In this document: piece after piece, positions 47,112 to 57,672 of the stretch | Numbering within the stretch: the first letter of the stretch is position 1 | Layout of the letters: every line of letters begins with the position of its first letter | Assembly (NCBI GenBank): GCA_046538485.1 | Contig: JBKHIT010000022.1 | Coordinates: forward strand, 1-64,000 | DNA: 64,000 nucleotides | DNA from: Candidatus Brocadiia bacterium | GTDB lineage: Bacteria > Planctomycetota > Brocadiia > SM23-32 | Direction: 5' to 3' | Notes under the pieces: model-generated | What the model was told of the DNA's origin: nothing | What the model saw: only the letters and a program-made list of their open reading frames with translations | The model's database searches: none | Position numbers and translations under genes: made by a program

Positions 47112-47798
47112 ATGATTGCCCAGGAATTGAAACCCATTGATGAAATCCTTGGTTACCTGGACGGAAAAAAGAGAATTGTGCTCTACGGTTGCGGAGGGTG
47201 TGCGACAGTATTCCATACTGGCGGCCCCCCGGAAATTGAAAAAATGGAAACGACACTCACTGAAAATGGCAAAGAGATTCTCGCCGCAATTGCCCCACCT
47301 TTCGGTGAATTCACATGTTATCTCCCGTGGAGCCGCGAAAGACTCGCGAAACACCGCGATGCCGTCGAAGAGTGCGATGCTCTTCTCATGATGACCTGCG
47401 GCGATGGTCTTCAAACCGTCTGGGATAACATCATCGAGGATGAATACGGGCTTGTGAAACCTGTGTATCCTGCCACAAATCCCATTGGCCATATGGGAGG
47501 GGGCCCCGCCAGTTTCCAGGAAAAATGCCAGCAATGCGGAGAGTGTGAACTGGGGAAACTGGCGGGCATCTGTCCGCTCACACAATGCGCCAAAGGTATG
47601 ATTAACGGACCGTGCGGTGGTGCATCTCAGGATGGAAAATGTGAAGCCAATCCTGAACAAGATTGCGCCTGGTTGCGAATATACCGGCGTCTGGACGCAC
47701 TGGGCGAACTGGAAAAATTTCAGGAGACCAGGGCCCCAAAAAACTGGAGCAAGATGAAACGTCCCCGGAAAATCGAGGTTGAGCCGCTCAAGATGTAG
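47112..47798 (+). CDS. metV: Methylene-THF reductase Cys-rich subunit MetV-like
   Basis: GCGGCATV..TGG, CGDG.Q, CQQCGEC, GICPLTQCAKGMINGPCGG and CAW..IY.RL motifs. Confidence 0.88.
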   Translation: MIAQELKPIDEILGYLDGKKRIVLYGCGGCATVFHTGGPPEIEKMETTLTENGKEILAAIAPPFGEFTCYLPWSRERLAKHRDAVEECDALLMMTCGDGLQTVWDNIIEDEYGLVKPVYPATNPIGHMGGGPASFQEKCQQCGECELGKLAGICPLTQCAKGMINGPCGGASQDGKCEANPEQDCAWLRIYRRLDALGELEKFQETRAPKNWSKMKRPRKIEVEPLKM

Positions 47799-47829
47799 AC
47801 GGCATTTCCTCAAACTGCGGTGACAGAAG

Positions 47830-48384
47830 GTGAACATCAAAAATTGGAAACAGAAGCTCGAAACCGAGCGCGGGGAGAAGGATCAGTTTTTCGCTCTGCA
47901 CCCACAGTCTCCCCTGCCACAAAGCGATCGGGAAGATTTTACGGCGCTGGACTATTTCCCCCCCGATCCGAAGTACCGTTTCGAGCTTATGCTCCACGAG
48001 TATAAAAATCAGGAACTCATCCACGTTGCGGACACAAGGGGACAGCAGAGGGGGCTGCTGGTGTGGGGGGAGTTCCAGTTCCAGGTTGGAGATCTTACCT
48101 GTTCGCTTCAGGCTTACCGTAGCGACGCACGGGAGGAAAGGCTTTTCCTCCCATTCAAAGACGAGACAAACGACGAACAGACTTACGGCGCAGGTCGTTA
48201 CATGGACCTGGAACCGGAGCATCATCTCACGGACAACGGTTTGTGGGTTCTCGACTTCAACAAAGCATACAACCCCTGGTGCGCCTACAGCGAACACTAC
48301 GCATGCCCGTTTGTACCGCGGGATAACTGGTTGCCCTGCCCTATCCAAGCCGGTGAAAAAAAATATCCTCTCAATGGTAAATGA
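47830..48384 (+). CDS. DUF1684 protein
   Basis: R.EKD.FF..HPQSP, LFLPFKDETN, TYGAGRY, LDFNKAYNPWCAY and AGEK motifs. Confidence 0.9.
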   Translation: MNIKNWKQKLETERGEKDQFFALHPQSPLPQSDREDFTALDYFPPDPKYRFELMLHEYKNQELIHVADTRGQQRGLLVWGEFQFQVGDLTCSLQAYRSDAREERLFLPFKDETNDEQTYGAGRYMDLEPEHHLTDNGLWVLDFNKAYNPWCAYSEHYACPFVPRDNWLPCPIQAGEKKYPLNGK

Positions 48385-49240
48385 TAGAGACCTCAAGATG
48401 GATACTTTCATTTACAATCAAAAATTTAAACAGGAACTTCGCCAGGATTTGCATCCTTTCGGTGAAGTAACTTTTCTGGAATCCATCGCCGAACCGGGCA
48501 TGGTCGCACTCGATATCGGCGCCAATAAAGGTCTCAGCACCGTCGCTATCGCCAAAAGTGTCCACCCTCGGGGACGCGTTTTCGCGTTTGAACCAATTCC
48601 GGAATACCACAAAAACCTGGAAACCAACCTCGCCGAGAACAATGTGGAAAATGTCCGCACATACCAGTTCGCTCTTGGCGGCCAAAACGGCCGGGTCGAT
48701 TACTACAAAAACGGAGGCGGGAGCGGAATTGTTCCGCAAGACGGTGCGGAAAAACTATCGGTCGAAGTGAGCACACTCGATCGTTTCGCACACAAGGAAA
48801 AGCTGAAAACAATCGATCTTATCAGCATGGACTGCGAAGGAAGCGAATTGATGGTTCTGGAAGGCGCCAAACAAGTGCTTCAGTCCGGCCCCCTGAAATT
48901 GTTCTGCGAGATACACCGGAGCTACCTCCAATCCCTCGGACAGACGCTCGATGACATTGTGAAATGGTTGGAAGACCATAATTTCGAAGTAACCCCCGTT
49001 TTCGTCGACGATCTCGATAAAAAAGTGGGCTATGACGAATGCACACATATCTTCGCATCGCGCGAGGAAAATGACCAAGATATCGATGAAGAAATCAAAA
49101 GACTTGAAAAAGAACTCTCCGACCTTGAGGCCCGCTGGCCGGCACATTCCACACCCCCGTCGATGATCCAGGAACGCGAAGAACTCGAAGAAAAATTGGA
49201 AGAAGCAAAACACCGAAAAACATCGGAAAATTCCCCATGA
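48374..49240 (+). CDS. FkbM-family methyltransferase with C-terminal coiled-coil (WPAHS) tail
   Basis: LDIGANKG, VFAFEP and MDCEGSE motifs. Start 48374 or 48398. Confidence 0.88.
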   Translation: MVNDRDLKMDTFIYNQKFKQELRQDLHPFGEVTFLESIAEPGMVALDIGANKGLSTVAIAKSVHPRGRVFAFEPIPEYHKNLETNLAENNVENVRTYQFALGGQNGRVDYYKNGGGSGIVPQDGAEKLSVEVSTLDRFAHKEKLKTIDLISMDCEGSELMVLEGAKQVLQSGPLKLFCEIHRSYLQSLGQTLDDIVKWLEDHNFEVTPVFVDDLDKKVGYDECTHIFASREENDQDIDEEIKRLEKELSDLEARWPAHSTPPSMIQEREELEEKLEEAKHRKTSENSP

Positions 49241-49386
49241 AAATATAGCCTCGCCTTCCAGCGGGTATAAACCGCGCCGGTTCTCAACTGACCTTCGGTG
49301 CCGTGTGGACGACGCAACGCGCGCGAAAAACATACCACCGTAAGTCGCCGTTCAGACAACAGAACAACCAGTAAAAGGCAAAGACA

Positions 49387-49875
49387 ATGTCAGAAAACAC
49401 ACTCGAACGGTTAACCCTCAAAATCTACCCGGATTCGGTCCTTACTCAGGTCTGCGATCCGGTTGAAAAATTCGACCCGGGGCTCAAAAACCTTCTCGAA
49501 AAGATGCACCGTCTCATGAAATCGGAAGAAGGTATCGGACTGGCAGCTCCCCAGGTCGGGATCACGAAAAGATTCTTCGTCTGCAGATTGCCTGAAGGAC
49601 CAATTTCCATCATCAATCCCAAAATAGAAAGTTCCAAAGGGAATCACAAAATGGTGGAAGGGTGCCTGAGTATGCCCTACACCCGCGTCAACGTGGCCCG
49701 CAATCAAACCGTCCGGGTTTCGGGCTACGACGCCGACGGGAATAACATCCAGGCCATTGGTAAAGACCTCTGGGCCCATATATTGCAGCACGAAATTGAT
49801 CACCTGAACGGCGTGCTCATTTCCGATCATGGTAAACCCATCTCCGATTCCGAAACCGGGGGCCGTGTTTCATAA
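49387..49875 (+). CDS. def: Peptide deformylase
   Basis: GIGLAAPQVG, EGCLS and QHEIDHLNG motifs. Confidence 0.96.
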   Translation: MSENTLERLTLKIYPDSVLTQVCDPVEKFDPGLKNLLEKMHRLMKSEEGIGLAAPQVGITKRFFVCRLPEGPISIINPKIESSKGNHKMVEGCLSMPYTRVNVARNQTVRVSGYDADGNNIQAIGKDLWAHILQHEIDHLNGVLISDHGKPISDSETGGRVS

Positions 49876-49929
49876 ATTCTGTGGAATGCTCTCCCAGCAC
49901 TGAAACTGAAACTGGAAAGGATCGTCTCG

Positions 49930-51342
49930 ATGAAAGACACGGTAAAAATATATACGGCATTTACTTCGAATCAGCTCTTCAACAGCTCTCAAACCTATCC
50001 ACTGCATCATCCCGACCAAAAAGTTCTATCAAACGAAGAGATTCTCGATGAATTGCGTGCTCGCACGAACGGGGTGGAGTTCCTCGGTTCCACGGAAATC
50101 GAAAAACCCGAGTTCACCGTCGGAAACATCCAGGGACGGCGGCAGAACATCGATGGCGTGCTGTATTTCGGGTCTGTCCCGGACGAACTTCTTGAGCTCA
50201 ACATCCCTATCGTCGCGGTCTATCCGCTGTGGAGTCAGTGGCAACAGCCTTTCAACGGCTACACCGGCCACCGCGTTCTGACGGCCGCCCTGCCGGTGAT
50301 CCCCGATATCTCCGAAGAAAAGTTCCACCTGCGGCTTGACGGCATCGCCGAGAAAATCGGCCTGCTGAAAGCCGTCGCGCAAATGGGCGACCTGAGAATC
50401 CTCTGTGTCACAGACAAACCTGTCCTGGGGCGATACGAACCGACGGGTTATCAGACGGCCGAAGAAGGATGGGAAACCTACCAGACAAACTATTTGCACA
50501 ATCTCGACGCACTCGGCTCAGAAATCATCGCCCGCCCCCAGGACGAAATGCTTGTGGAAATGGAAGCCGTCTCGGACGCCGAGGCCGATCAGGTGACACA
50601 GGAGTGGATTGCCGAAGCCGAAGAGGTCAAAGGCACAACCAAGGAAGAAATCAAGAAATCCGCCAAACTTTACCTGGCTCTGAAAGAAATGACGGAACAC
50701 TATGACGCAAACGCCGTCACAACGGAAGGTTACGGGGTCTTTATGAATTATCCAAACGGCCCTATCCCGTCCCAGGGACTGCCCTCTTCTCAATTCTGCA
50801 CCGATGGCATCGTCGCGACCTCTGAAACTCTGGTCGACTCTTTGATCACTCAGCAACTCGGACTGTTTGTTACCGGAAGCACTGGATTCAACGGCGACTA
50901 TCTGGTGGATGCGGAGAATGGTGCGGTGTATATCGGGCATTGTGAATGCCCTTTCAATCCTTACGGCGATGATCAGAACGTCCCGTTCGTGATTCGGAAC
51001 CTGCCCCAGTGGCCCGAAAACCAGCAGGAGAAAGGAGGCGCCTGCGTGGAGGTCAAACTTCCCGCCGGAGAACCCGTAACCGTCGCGAAGATCAGCGTAC
51101 ACGACAAAAAAATGGCGGTTCTCGATGGAGAATCCCTCGCCGGTGACGAACTATTCCCCGGCTGGGGCGACATCCTCTGCCGAACAAAACTCGCCGTCGG
51201 GACCGATGCGGCCGCGGCCCTCAAAAATCTCGACTGGGAAACTTTCGGCAACCACCGGGTGGTATTCTATGGCGATTACAGGCAGCAGTTTATCGACCTT
51301 TCGACCCTGCTCGATTTTGATATCGAGGAAAAGGACTGCTGA
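49930..51342 (+). CDS. L-fucose/L-arabinose isomerase-like protein 1
   Basis: SAKLYLALKEM...DANAVT, IGHC, VTVAK, CRTKL and FGNHRVVFYGDY, typical of the C-terminal fold. Confidence 0.75.
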   Translation: MKDTVKIYTAFTSNQLFNSSQTYPLHHPDQKVLSNEEILDELRARTNGVEFLGSTEIEKPEFTVGNIQGRRQNIDGVLYFGSVPDELLELNIPIVAVYPLWSQWQQPFNGYTGHRVLTAALPVIPDISEEKFHLRLDGIAEKIGLLKAVAQMGDLRILCVTDKPVLGRYEPTGYQTAEEGWETYQTNYLHNLDALGSEIIARPQDEMLVEMEAVSDAEADQVTQEWIAEAEEVKGTTKEEIKKSAKLYLALKEMTEHYDANAVTTEGYGVFMNYPNGPIPSQGLPSSQFCTDGIVATSETLVDSLITQQLGLFVTGSTGFNGDYLVDAENGAVYIGHCECPFNPYGDDQNVPFVIRNLPQWPENQQEKGGACVEVKLPAGEPVTVAKISVHDKKMAVLDGESLAGDELFPGWGDILCRTKLAVGTDAAAALKNLDWETFGNHRVVFYGDYRQQFIDLSTLLDFDIEEKDC

Positions 51343-51389
51343 ACAATCCACACGAAAAAATGCCCTTGAAGTTGGGAAGGAGACAAAAG

Positions 51390-51574
51390 ATGAACATTGA
51401 CCTGGAAGTGGCGCCCGATTTCGAAGAAATGGAAGCCGTCATAACCGGCGAAAAAGAGCCTTCCCGCCTGCATCCGTAAGATGCAGGCTAGGATCGGGCA
51501 ATACCGTCGCCAATTATATCCCTGTCAAAAACTATTTGATCATGGTCGAAGAGACCAATCGATGGTCGACCTGA
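51390..51574 (+). pseudogene. Internally deleted UroD/MtaA-family gene remnant
   Basis: AAGGAG RBS + MNIDLEVAPDFEEMEAVITGEKEPSRLHP*, followed within about 10 nt by LGSGNTVANYIPVKNYLIMVEETNRWST*, the characteristic C-terminus of UroD-family proteins. Confidence 0.7.
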
Positions 51575-51623
51575 CGACAACATTTGGAATTCTCATTTAC
51601 TTTCTCTAACAATGGAGTAAATC

Positions 51624-53028
51624 ATGAATGGCGAAAGTGCGGCAAACGTCCAGGTTGCCATGAAACCGGTTTTTGTTCAGCTCTTGCACTCGAACGCCTA
51701 CGAAGGCCCCTGTCGCGTTGGGAGTCCCGAAGATCTCGATCCGAAAAAGGAAAAACCCAGGGGCGAAGAGCAATTCGCACAGTGGACCAAACAGGTCGAA
51801 AATGAACTCTCCGATGAAGCGCGCGTGCTCGAGCCCGTGAAACTCGAATGGACCGACGACTGGCATCTCTCTAAAGAAGAAATCGGCAAACTTGACAGAG
51901 ACATCAGCAAAGTCGACCTTTTCCTGATCCAGGGCGGGCTCTCGCAGTATCCAGCTATTTCCATCGGGCGCCGCTATGAAAAACCTGTCGCCATGGTCGG
52001 CACCGTGGTCCCCATCGACGTGAGCGCCAATCTGCGCGCCCGCGGACTCGAAGGTTTTGCACCGCTCGATTACGGCGAACTCAATGACCTGATCTCCCTG
52101 CTCAGGATAAGGAAAAGCTTCCAGAACACAAAAATCCTCCATGCTGTCGAATCAGAAGTCGTGCCCGTCGGCGTCGTCAGCACAATTTATGATATGGAAG
52201 ATCTCTACAACCGCTTCGGGGGTTAAGCATCACGGCATGCCTGCCGGGCACCTGATGAACCTGATGAAAAATCTCTCGGACGAATCGAAGAAACAGGCCG
52301 AACAGCTCACCGATAAACTCATTGAAGACGCGGAAGAATGCCATATGGAGAGAGAAGATCTCCTGCCATCGGTTGAGTTTTATGTCGCCGTCAAAGAGGA
52401 AATGGAAAAACGCGAATGCAACGCCTTCGCTATACCGTGTTTTGAGCTCTGCGCGCGGCAGGTGCCGGCCGAAACGAAAGTGGGTTTCTGCCTGGCTCAC
52501 ACCTTGCTCAAGGATGAAGGCTGCCCATCGGCCTGCGAAGACGACATGAACGTTCTTATGTCAATGGCGGCGCTGATGTACACTTCGCGCAAATCCAGCT
52601 ACATGGGCAATTCCAGCCTGGTCAGTAAAGAAGACAACATTATCCGGGTCGGCCACGATGTTCCGGGGCTGAAAATGAACGGATTCGATTCCGAAGACCT
52701 GCCCTACACAATCACACCGTTCACACAGGGTGGTTGGGGCGGGACAATCCGGTACGATTTTGCACGCGACGTCGGTCAGCGCGTCACACTGGCCCGTTTC
52801 AACCCGAACGCAACACGCCTCCTGGTCGCCACCGGCGAAGTCACCGGAGGCGGAGGCGTGGATACGGTCGGATGTTCTTTGAGCGCCAATTTCAAGGTGA
52901 ATGATGCCGTGGAGCTCTTCCACGCTGAACAGGATTTTGGCCACCATCTGGCCATGGTCTACGGAGATTACTCCGAGCAGCTCCATGAGCTCGAACAGGT
53001 AATGGATATCGAAATCCTCGAAGTATAA
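51624..53028 (+). pseudogene. Fucose-isomerase-like protein 2, split by an extra base in a G5 run (52218-52222)
   Basis: ORFs 51624-52226 and 52141-53028 join as ...YNRFG-VKHHGM if one G is removed; the paralog has EDRLGVRVRH here. Confidence 0.85.
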
Positions 53029-53046
53029 CCAGAGAGGGAGCAAATA

Positions 53047-54309
53047 GTGGAACGAGGAACTGTCCGAATCAAACCCGTTTTTGTCGGAATCTCTCACTAC
53101 CGGGAGATCTACGGAAGCGTATGTTCGGCCGATGTCGAAGGGACTCCACCGATACCCGAGAAAGATGAGACGGAAGTTGAGAACCGGGCCTCTGAACTCG
53201 TCGACAATTTCACCGATCAGCTTGATGTCGATTTTGTGGAAATCGATCCACCGCTGGTGGTCAAAGAACACGTCGATTTGCGGCGTCTTCCGGGAGAATT
53301 GACGCGTGATACGGACGCCATTTTGGTGGGGAAGCTGGGGAACACGCCGCTGATTACCCGGACGCTCAACGGCTATGGACTCCCTGTCCTTGGGAGATAT
53401 CCGGGAGAAGCATATCTGCGGGCTTTGCGCGTAAAAAAGTACCTCTCGGAAAGCAAATTCCTCTATATCGGCGAAATCCCGTCATTCTCCGCCCCATCCG
53501 GGCCCTACGATTTCCCCACGATCGAAGATCGGCTGGGGGTGCGAGTGCGCCACATCGAGACAAATGAATTTTTCCGGTGGTTTGATCGCTTCGACCAGAA
53601 AGAGGTTGAAGCCGACCTGAAAACATGGAGCGAAGATTTCGAGGAAGTTCTCGAACCTGAACAGAACGATCTTCTGGACGCAACGCGGGTTTACCTCGCA
53701 CTGAAAGGCCTTGCGGAACGCGAAGACGCAAACGGAATCACCGTGAACTGCGGTCGGCTTACCGAGGAACGTCCCGTCGTGCCCTGCCTGGCATTCGACC
53801 GGCTTATTGATGAAGGTATCATGTGCGCGTGCGAAGGTGATATAACCGCCATGTTGTCTTCTTTCATCATCCATGCTGTAAGTCAGAAGTCGATGCTCAT
53901 GGGGAATTTCGGCTCGCGCCCGGGCCGTTTCGAAGCCAGAGAAGGCGAGGTGACAATCGAGCACGATATCATCCCCCGCTCCATGGCCAGCACGGGTTTC
54001 ACCGTTCGCGATTATCACGAACGACAGTTCGGCGTCACAGGTTACGCTCCCATTCAGGAAGATCAGCCGATGACGCTCGTGAACACCGACCCCGCTCTCG
54101 ACCGGATAAGTGTCCTGGAGGGCACAATCAAAAACAGCGAGGATGGTGGTCATTGCCGGATCATCGTCCACATGTCGATTGAGGGAGACGTGGAACGAGT
54201 CCCCGAAGTCATCGTAGGTTCACAACACGTATCGATGAGTTTCGGGCACTGGCTCGCGGCATTGCAAGAAACCGGCAAACTGCTGGGAATGGAAGTGCAA
54301 CACCTCTAA
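53047..54309 (+). CDS. L-fucose/L-arabinose isomerase-like protein 3
   Basis: RVYLALK, GITVNC, PCLAF..LIDEGI.CACEGD, HCR and GSQH motifs. Confidence 0.8.
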   Translation: MERGTVRIKPVFVGISHYREIYGSVCSADVEGTPPIPEKDETEVENRASELVDNFTDQLDVDFVEIDPPLVVKEHVDLRRLPGELTRDTDAILVGKLGNTPLITRTLNGYGLPVLGRYPGEAYLRALRVKKYLSESKFLYIGEIPSFSAPSGPYDFPTIEDRLGVRVRHIETNEFFRWFDRFDQKEVEADLKTWSEDFEEVLEPEQNDLLDATRVYLALKGLAEREDANGITVNCGRLTEERPVVPCLAFDRLIDEGIMCACEGDITAMLSSFIIHAVSQKSMLMGNFGSRPGRFEAREGEVTIEHDIIPRSMASTGFTVRDYHERQFGVTGYAPIQEDQPMTLVNTDPALDRISVLEGTIKNSEDGGHCRIIVHMSIEGDVERVPEVIVGSQHVSMSFGHWLAALQETGKLLGMEVQHL

Positions 54310-54599
54310 CCCACATTTTTTATCGAAATTAAATCTGAGCGTTATTCAGTAGGACAGATGCTGGTTGGTCCCTCGTCGGCCCTTTTAGGCTGGCCGTAAG
54401 ATCCAGGCAAGTTCCAGTGGTAACCCAAAATCTTGCCCATTCGGGATTAAATAGATGGCCAGAAGTTAATCTTACTGGGCAGCAAATTCGCTGAATGTCT
54501 TTTTTCTGCTTTGACCAGGGGGAAAGTTCTTTCCAGTCCCCATACTTTGCGTCGTAAAACTTTTTGACAGCTTCATAATTCCCCTGTCCGGCACCGATT

Positions 54600-55700
54600 C
54601 TACACAATCAGATCTTCCGTGTCAGCATCGAACAGGTGAGCTTTCTCCATCAGAATCGGCAATTCAAGCGTTTCGCCCACCGAAACCTGCATATGCGATT
54701 CAACCCGGGCGATAAATCGAGATTTCTCCGTTTTTAGATACAGGTACGTCTCCGACCCCATCGGTTCCATAACATCGACTTCGGCTTTTATAGTGGGGAG
54801 CGCTTCGCGTCCTTTGGTCTGTTCGGAACCGATATCTTCCGGACGCGCCCCGAATACGACAGCTTTTCCTTGCTGATCGGCCAGGGCTTTTTCCCACTCT
54901 GAGGGCAGAGCAATCTCCACATCTCCGCCTGTGAAATACAACTGGCCGTTGCTCGCTTTGAGCGTCCCGTGGAACAGATTCATTGGCGGTGTGCCGATGA
55001 AACCGGCCACAAATATATTGGCCGGGCGTTCGTACAGTCTCACCGGTTCATCCACCTGCTGAATTGCCCCTTCCCGCATCACGCAGATCCGGTCCCCCAT
55101 AGTCATTGCCTCCACCTGATCGTGCGTGACGTAAATCATGGTAGCATCCAGTCGATGGTGCAATTTGCTGATTTCGGTCCGCATCTGCACGCGCATCTTG
55201 GCATCCAGGTTGCTCAACGGCTCATCCAGCAGAAAAGCCTTGGGATCCCGCACGATGGCCCGTCCCACCGCGACGCGCTGGCGCTGACCTCCGGATAAAG
55301 CCTTGGGTTTGCGCTGGAGCAATTTCTCAATTCCGAGAATTCGCGCCGCGTCACGCACCCGACGGTCGATCTCGGCTTTGTCAACTTTTCGGAGTTTCAA
55401 GCCGAAAGCCATGTTATCGTAGACTTTCATGTGTGGATAGAGCGCGTAGTTCTGAAACACCATGGCAATATCACGGTGTTTGGGAGGCACTTCATTGACG
55501 GTTTTGCCATCGATGGTCACGGTTCCTTCGGTTATTTCTTCCAGCCCGGCGATCATACGTAGCGTCGTGGACTTGCCACAGCCGGACGGCCCAACCAGGA
55601 CCACAAATTCGCGATCCTCGATATCCAGGTTAATATTATCGACCGCTTTGACCGTGCGATCATAGATTTTGGTCAGGTTTTGGAGACTCACTTGAGCCAT
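54600..55700 (-). CDS. Carbohydrate ABC ATPase (MalK/UgpC-like)
   Basis: [37 protein letters not shown] motifs and TOBE tail. Confidence 0.96.
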   Translation of the reverse strand: MAQVSLQNLTKIYDRTVKAVDNINLDIEDREFVVLVGPSGCGKSTTLRMIAGLEEITEGTVTIDGKTVNEVPPKHRDIAMVFQNYALYPHMKVYDNMAFGLKLRKVDKAEIDRRVRDAARILGIEKLLQRKPKALSGGQRQRVAVGRAIVRDPKAFLLDEPLSNLDAKMRVQMRTEISKLHHRLDATMIYVTHDQVEAMTMGDRICVMREGAIQQVDEPVRLYERPANIFVAGFIGTPPMNLFHGTLKASNGQLYFTGGDVEIALPSEWEKALADQQGKAVVFGARPEDIGSEQTKGREALPTIKAEVDVMEPMGSETYLYLKTEKSRFIARVESHMQVSVGETLELPILMEKAHLFDADTEDLIV

Positions 55701-55747
55701 TGTCAGTCGCTCCTATTGTAAAGATCGAACCCGTACCTGCAGGACTT

Positions 55748-57625
55748 CTATTTCTCCGATGGGACGGCTATCCCGCGCATAATGGTGCGTTGTGCAAACA
55801 GAAAAATCAGCAAGGACGGGATACTGGCAATCAGAATCGATGCAAAAACTGCCGTCCCTGGCGCCTCCAGCTGGAACTGCTGCAGCCAGACGGCCAGTAC
55901 GTGCATATCTTTGTCCGGACAGACGATCAAAGGATACAAAAAGGCCCTCCATGCCCGGTTGAAGGTCTGCAACGCCACAACGGCCAGAATCGGCTTACTC
56001 ATGGCCATCGTTATCTGCCAGAAGATGCGAAATTCCGATGCGCCATCGATCACGGCGGCGTCATAGAGATCCTGCGGAATAGAATCGAAAAATCCTTTAA
56101 GCAGGAAGATCAACATTCCGTTGATCGTCAGTGGCAAAACGAGCGCAATAAATGTATTGAGCAAACCGAGTTTCTTGATGATTAGAAATCGCGGAATCAT
56201 GCTCACCATCGGTGGAAAAGCCATCGTAGCTACAAAAATGAAAATTATTTTCCACATGCCGGGGGGTTTGAACCGCGAGAGCGCATATGCCACGAGTGGC
56301 ATGACCGTCAGCGAGAAAAACAACCCCAGCACAACATAAATAATCGTATTGAGGAACGGGCGTCCCTGCACAAACATCTGCGCGAACACAATCCGGAAAT
56401 TCCGGCCGGCATAGCGTCTGCGCAACGTTCCAGAATTATCCAGGACATATCGTTTCTCAAGCTGGGCAAGCGGTATTTTGCAGGCCTGCCAGTCGGCATA
56501 ATCCATGTTATGGGCTTTGGAAACCGCCTGGATGTCATCGTAGGCACTTTGCAGCCAGCTGCGCCAGGCAAACTCCGGCCCGACCAGTCTCAGCGATTCG
56601 GGTTTCAAGGTTTTGAGAAAATCACGGTAAGCACCGCGCCGGTAATCAAAGACCCACTCGCGGTCGCCGGGAAGCTCAATATTTTCGAACGACTTATACT
56701 CGGTGTGCCAGTACAGGTTCAGGTCGTCGATGTTCTTATACTGCTCCCGGAGAAATGCCCGGTATTCCTCGTCGGAGGCGTCACTGCGGACAAACGACAT
56801 ATTCAAGTGGCCTTCAAAAACGAACTGAAGCCATTCTTTCCGCAGAGTCTCGTGCCTCGGTGGGGGGACCCGTTGCGGCAGGGAAAACTCCTCATAGGAT
56901 TCGATGTTCAGATCATGGGCTTTTTGGAAAGCTTCGAATTTCGATCGGCCGTATTCGGGGAACACAAGACGCTCGAGGAAAAGCCCCGTAAGATTCACAA
57001 AAGCTCGCTCCGCAGGTGGCCTTTCCCGCATCAGATCCAGATACGCCTCCCACAAAGGCGTATCGCGCCTGACGGCCCGGGCTTCGCCCCAACGGGGCGT
57101 TCTGGCGTTAATCTGCCACCACGAAGGAATCGGCGCGCCCACTTTTGAGTTGAAAGCATCCAGATCGCCGTCAAACCGATCTCGCAACATATCAACGAGT
57201 TTCCGCTGGTTCAAAGAACCGATCTGCTGGTAGATCACGGTTCCCCCGAGGACCTGCCAGTGGTCGGGCAATTTAGATTGACGCACAAACGCGTTCAAAT
57301 CCTCGACTGCCATCCCTCTGGTTTTTTCGGGCACCCACGCGTCCCTGAAACTGTAATCCCGCGTCTGGCGGAACCGATTCATTAGAATGGGATCATAATT
57401 ATATTTTGTCTCCAGAAATTTCCGCACCAGTTCCTTATCATTGGTAAGGAATTTCGGCACAACCCCCATATCCTGAGAATCCATATTGCTGCGCATGGCC
57501 CCCGACATCATAAGCAGGAAGGGATAGACCATGGTTGCGCCGCCGATGATCAACGCCAGGGTCACACCGGTCAGGAACAACCGGCCCCGCCACCCTTTCG
57601 CCTCGACTTTTGTCAGCACAGGCAT
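55748..57625 (-). CDS. Carbohydrate ABC permease (MalG-like) with a large repeat-containing extracytoplasmic insert
   Basis: N-terminal TM (YPFLLM), about 370 aa loop, then FLNT, AYALSR and FFDSIPQDLYDAAVIDGASE (EAA motif). Confidence 0.9.
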   Translation of the reverse strand: MPVLTKVEAKGWRGRLFLTGVTLALIIGGATMVYPFLLMMSGAMRSNMDSQDMGVVPKFLTNDKELVRKFLETKYNYDPILMNRFRQTRDYSFRDAWVPEKTRGMAVEDLNAFVRQSKLPDHWQVLGGTVIYQQIGSLNQRKLVDMLRDRFDGDLDAFNSKVGAPIPSWWQINARTPRWGEARAVRRDTPLWEAYLDLMRERPPAERAFVNLTGLFLERLVFPEYGRSKFEAFQKAHDLNIESYEEFSLPQRVPPPRHETLRKEWLQFVFEGHLNMSFVRSDASDEEYRAFLREQYKNIDDLNLYWHTEYKSFENIELPGDREWVFDYRRGAYRDFLKTLKPESLRLVGPEFAWRSWLQSAYDDIQAVSKAHNMDYADWQACKIPLAQLEKRYVLDNSGTLRRRYAGRNFRIVFAQMFVQGRPFLNTIIYVVLGLFFSLTVMPLVAYALSRFKPPGMWKIIFIFVATMAFPPMVSMIPRFLIIKKLGLLNTFIALVLPLTINGMLIFLLKGFFDSIPQDLYDAAVIDGASEFRIFWQITMAMSKPILAVVALQTFNRAWRAFLYPLIVCPDKDMHVLAVWLQQFQLEAPGTAVFASILIASIPSLLIFLFAQRTIMRGIAVPSEK

Positions 57626-57672
57626 CTACCAGGACTCCTCATTCGTCGTGAAATCAATACCAAAATCATCTT

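Noticed and set aside
54329..54607. 92-aa minus-strand ORF after the MalK-like gene
   Set aside because: No motif, weak start; possibly a remnant but unsupported.
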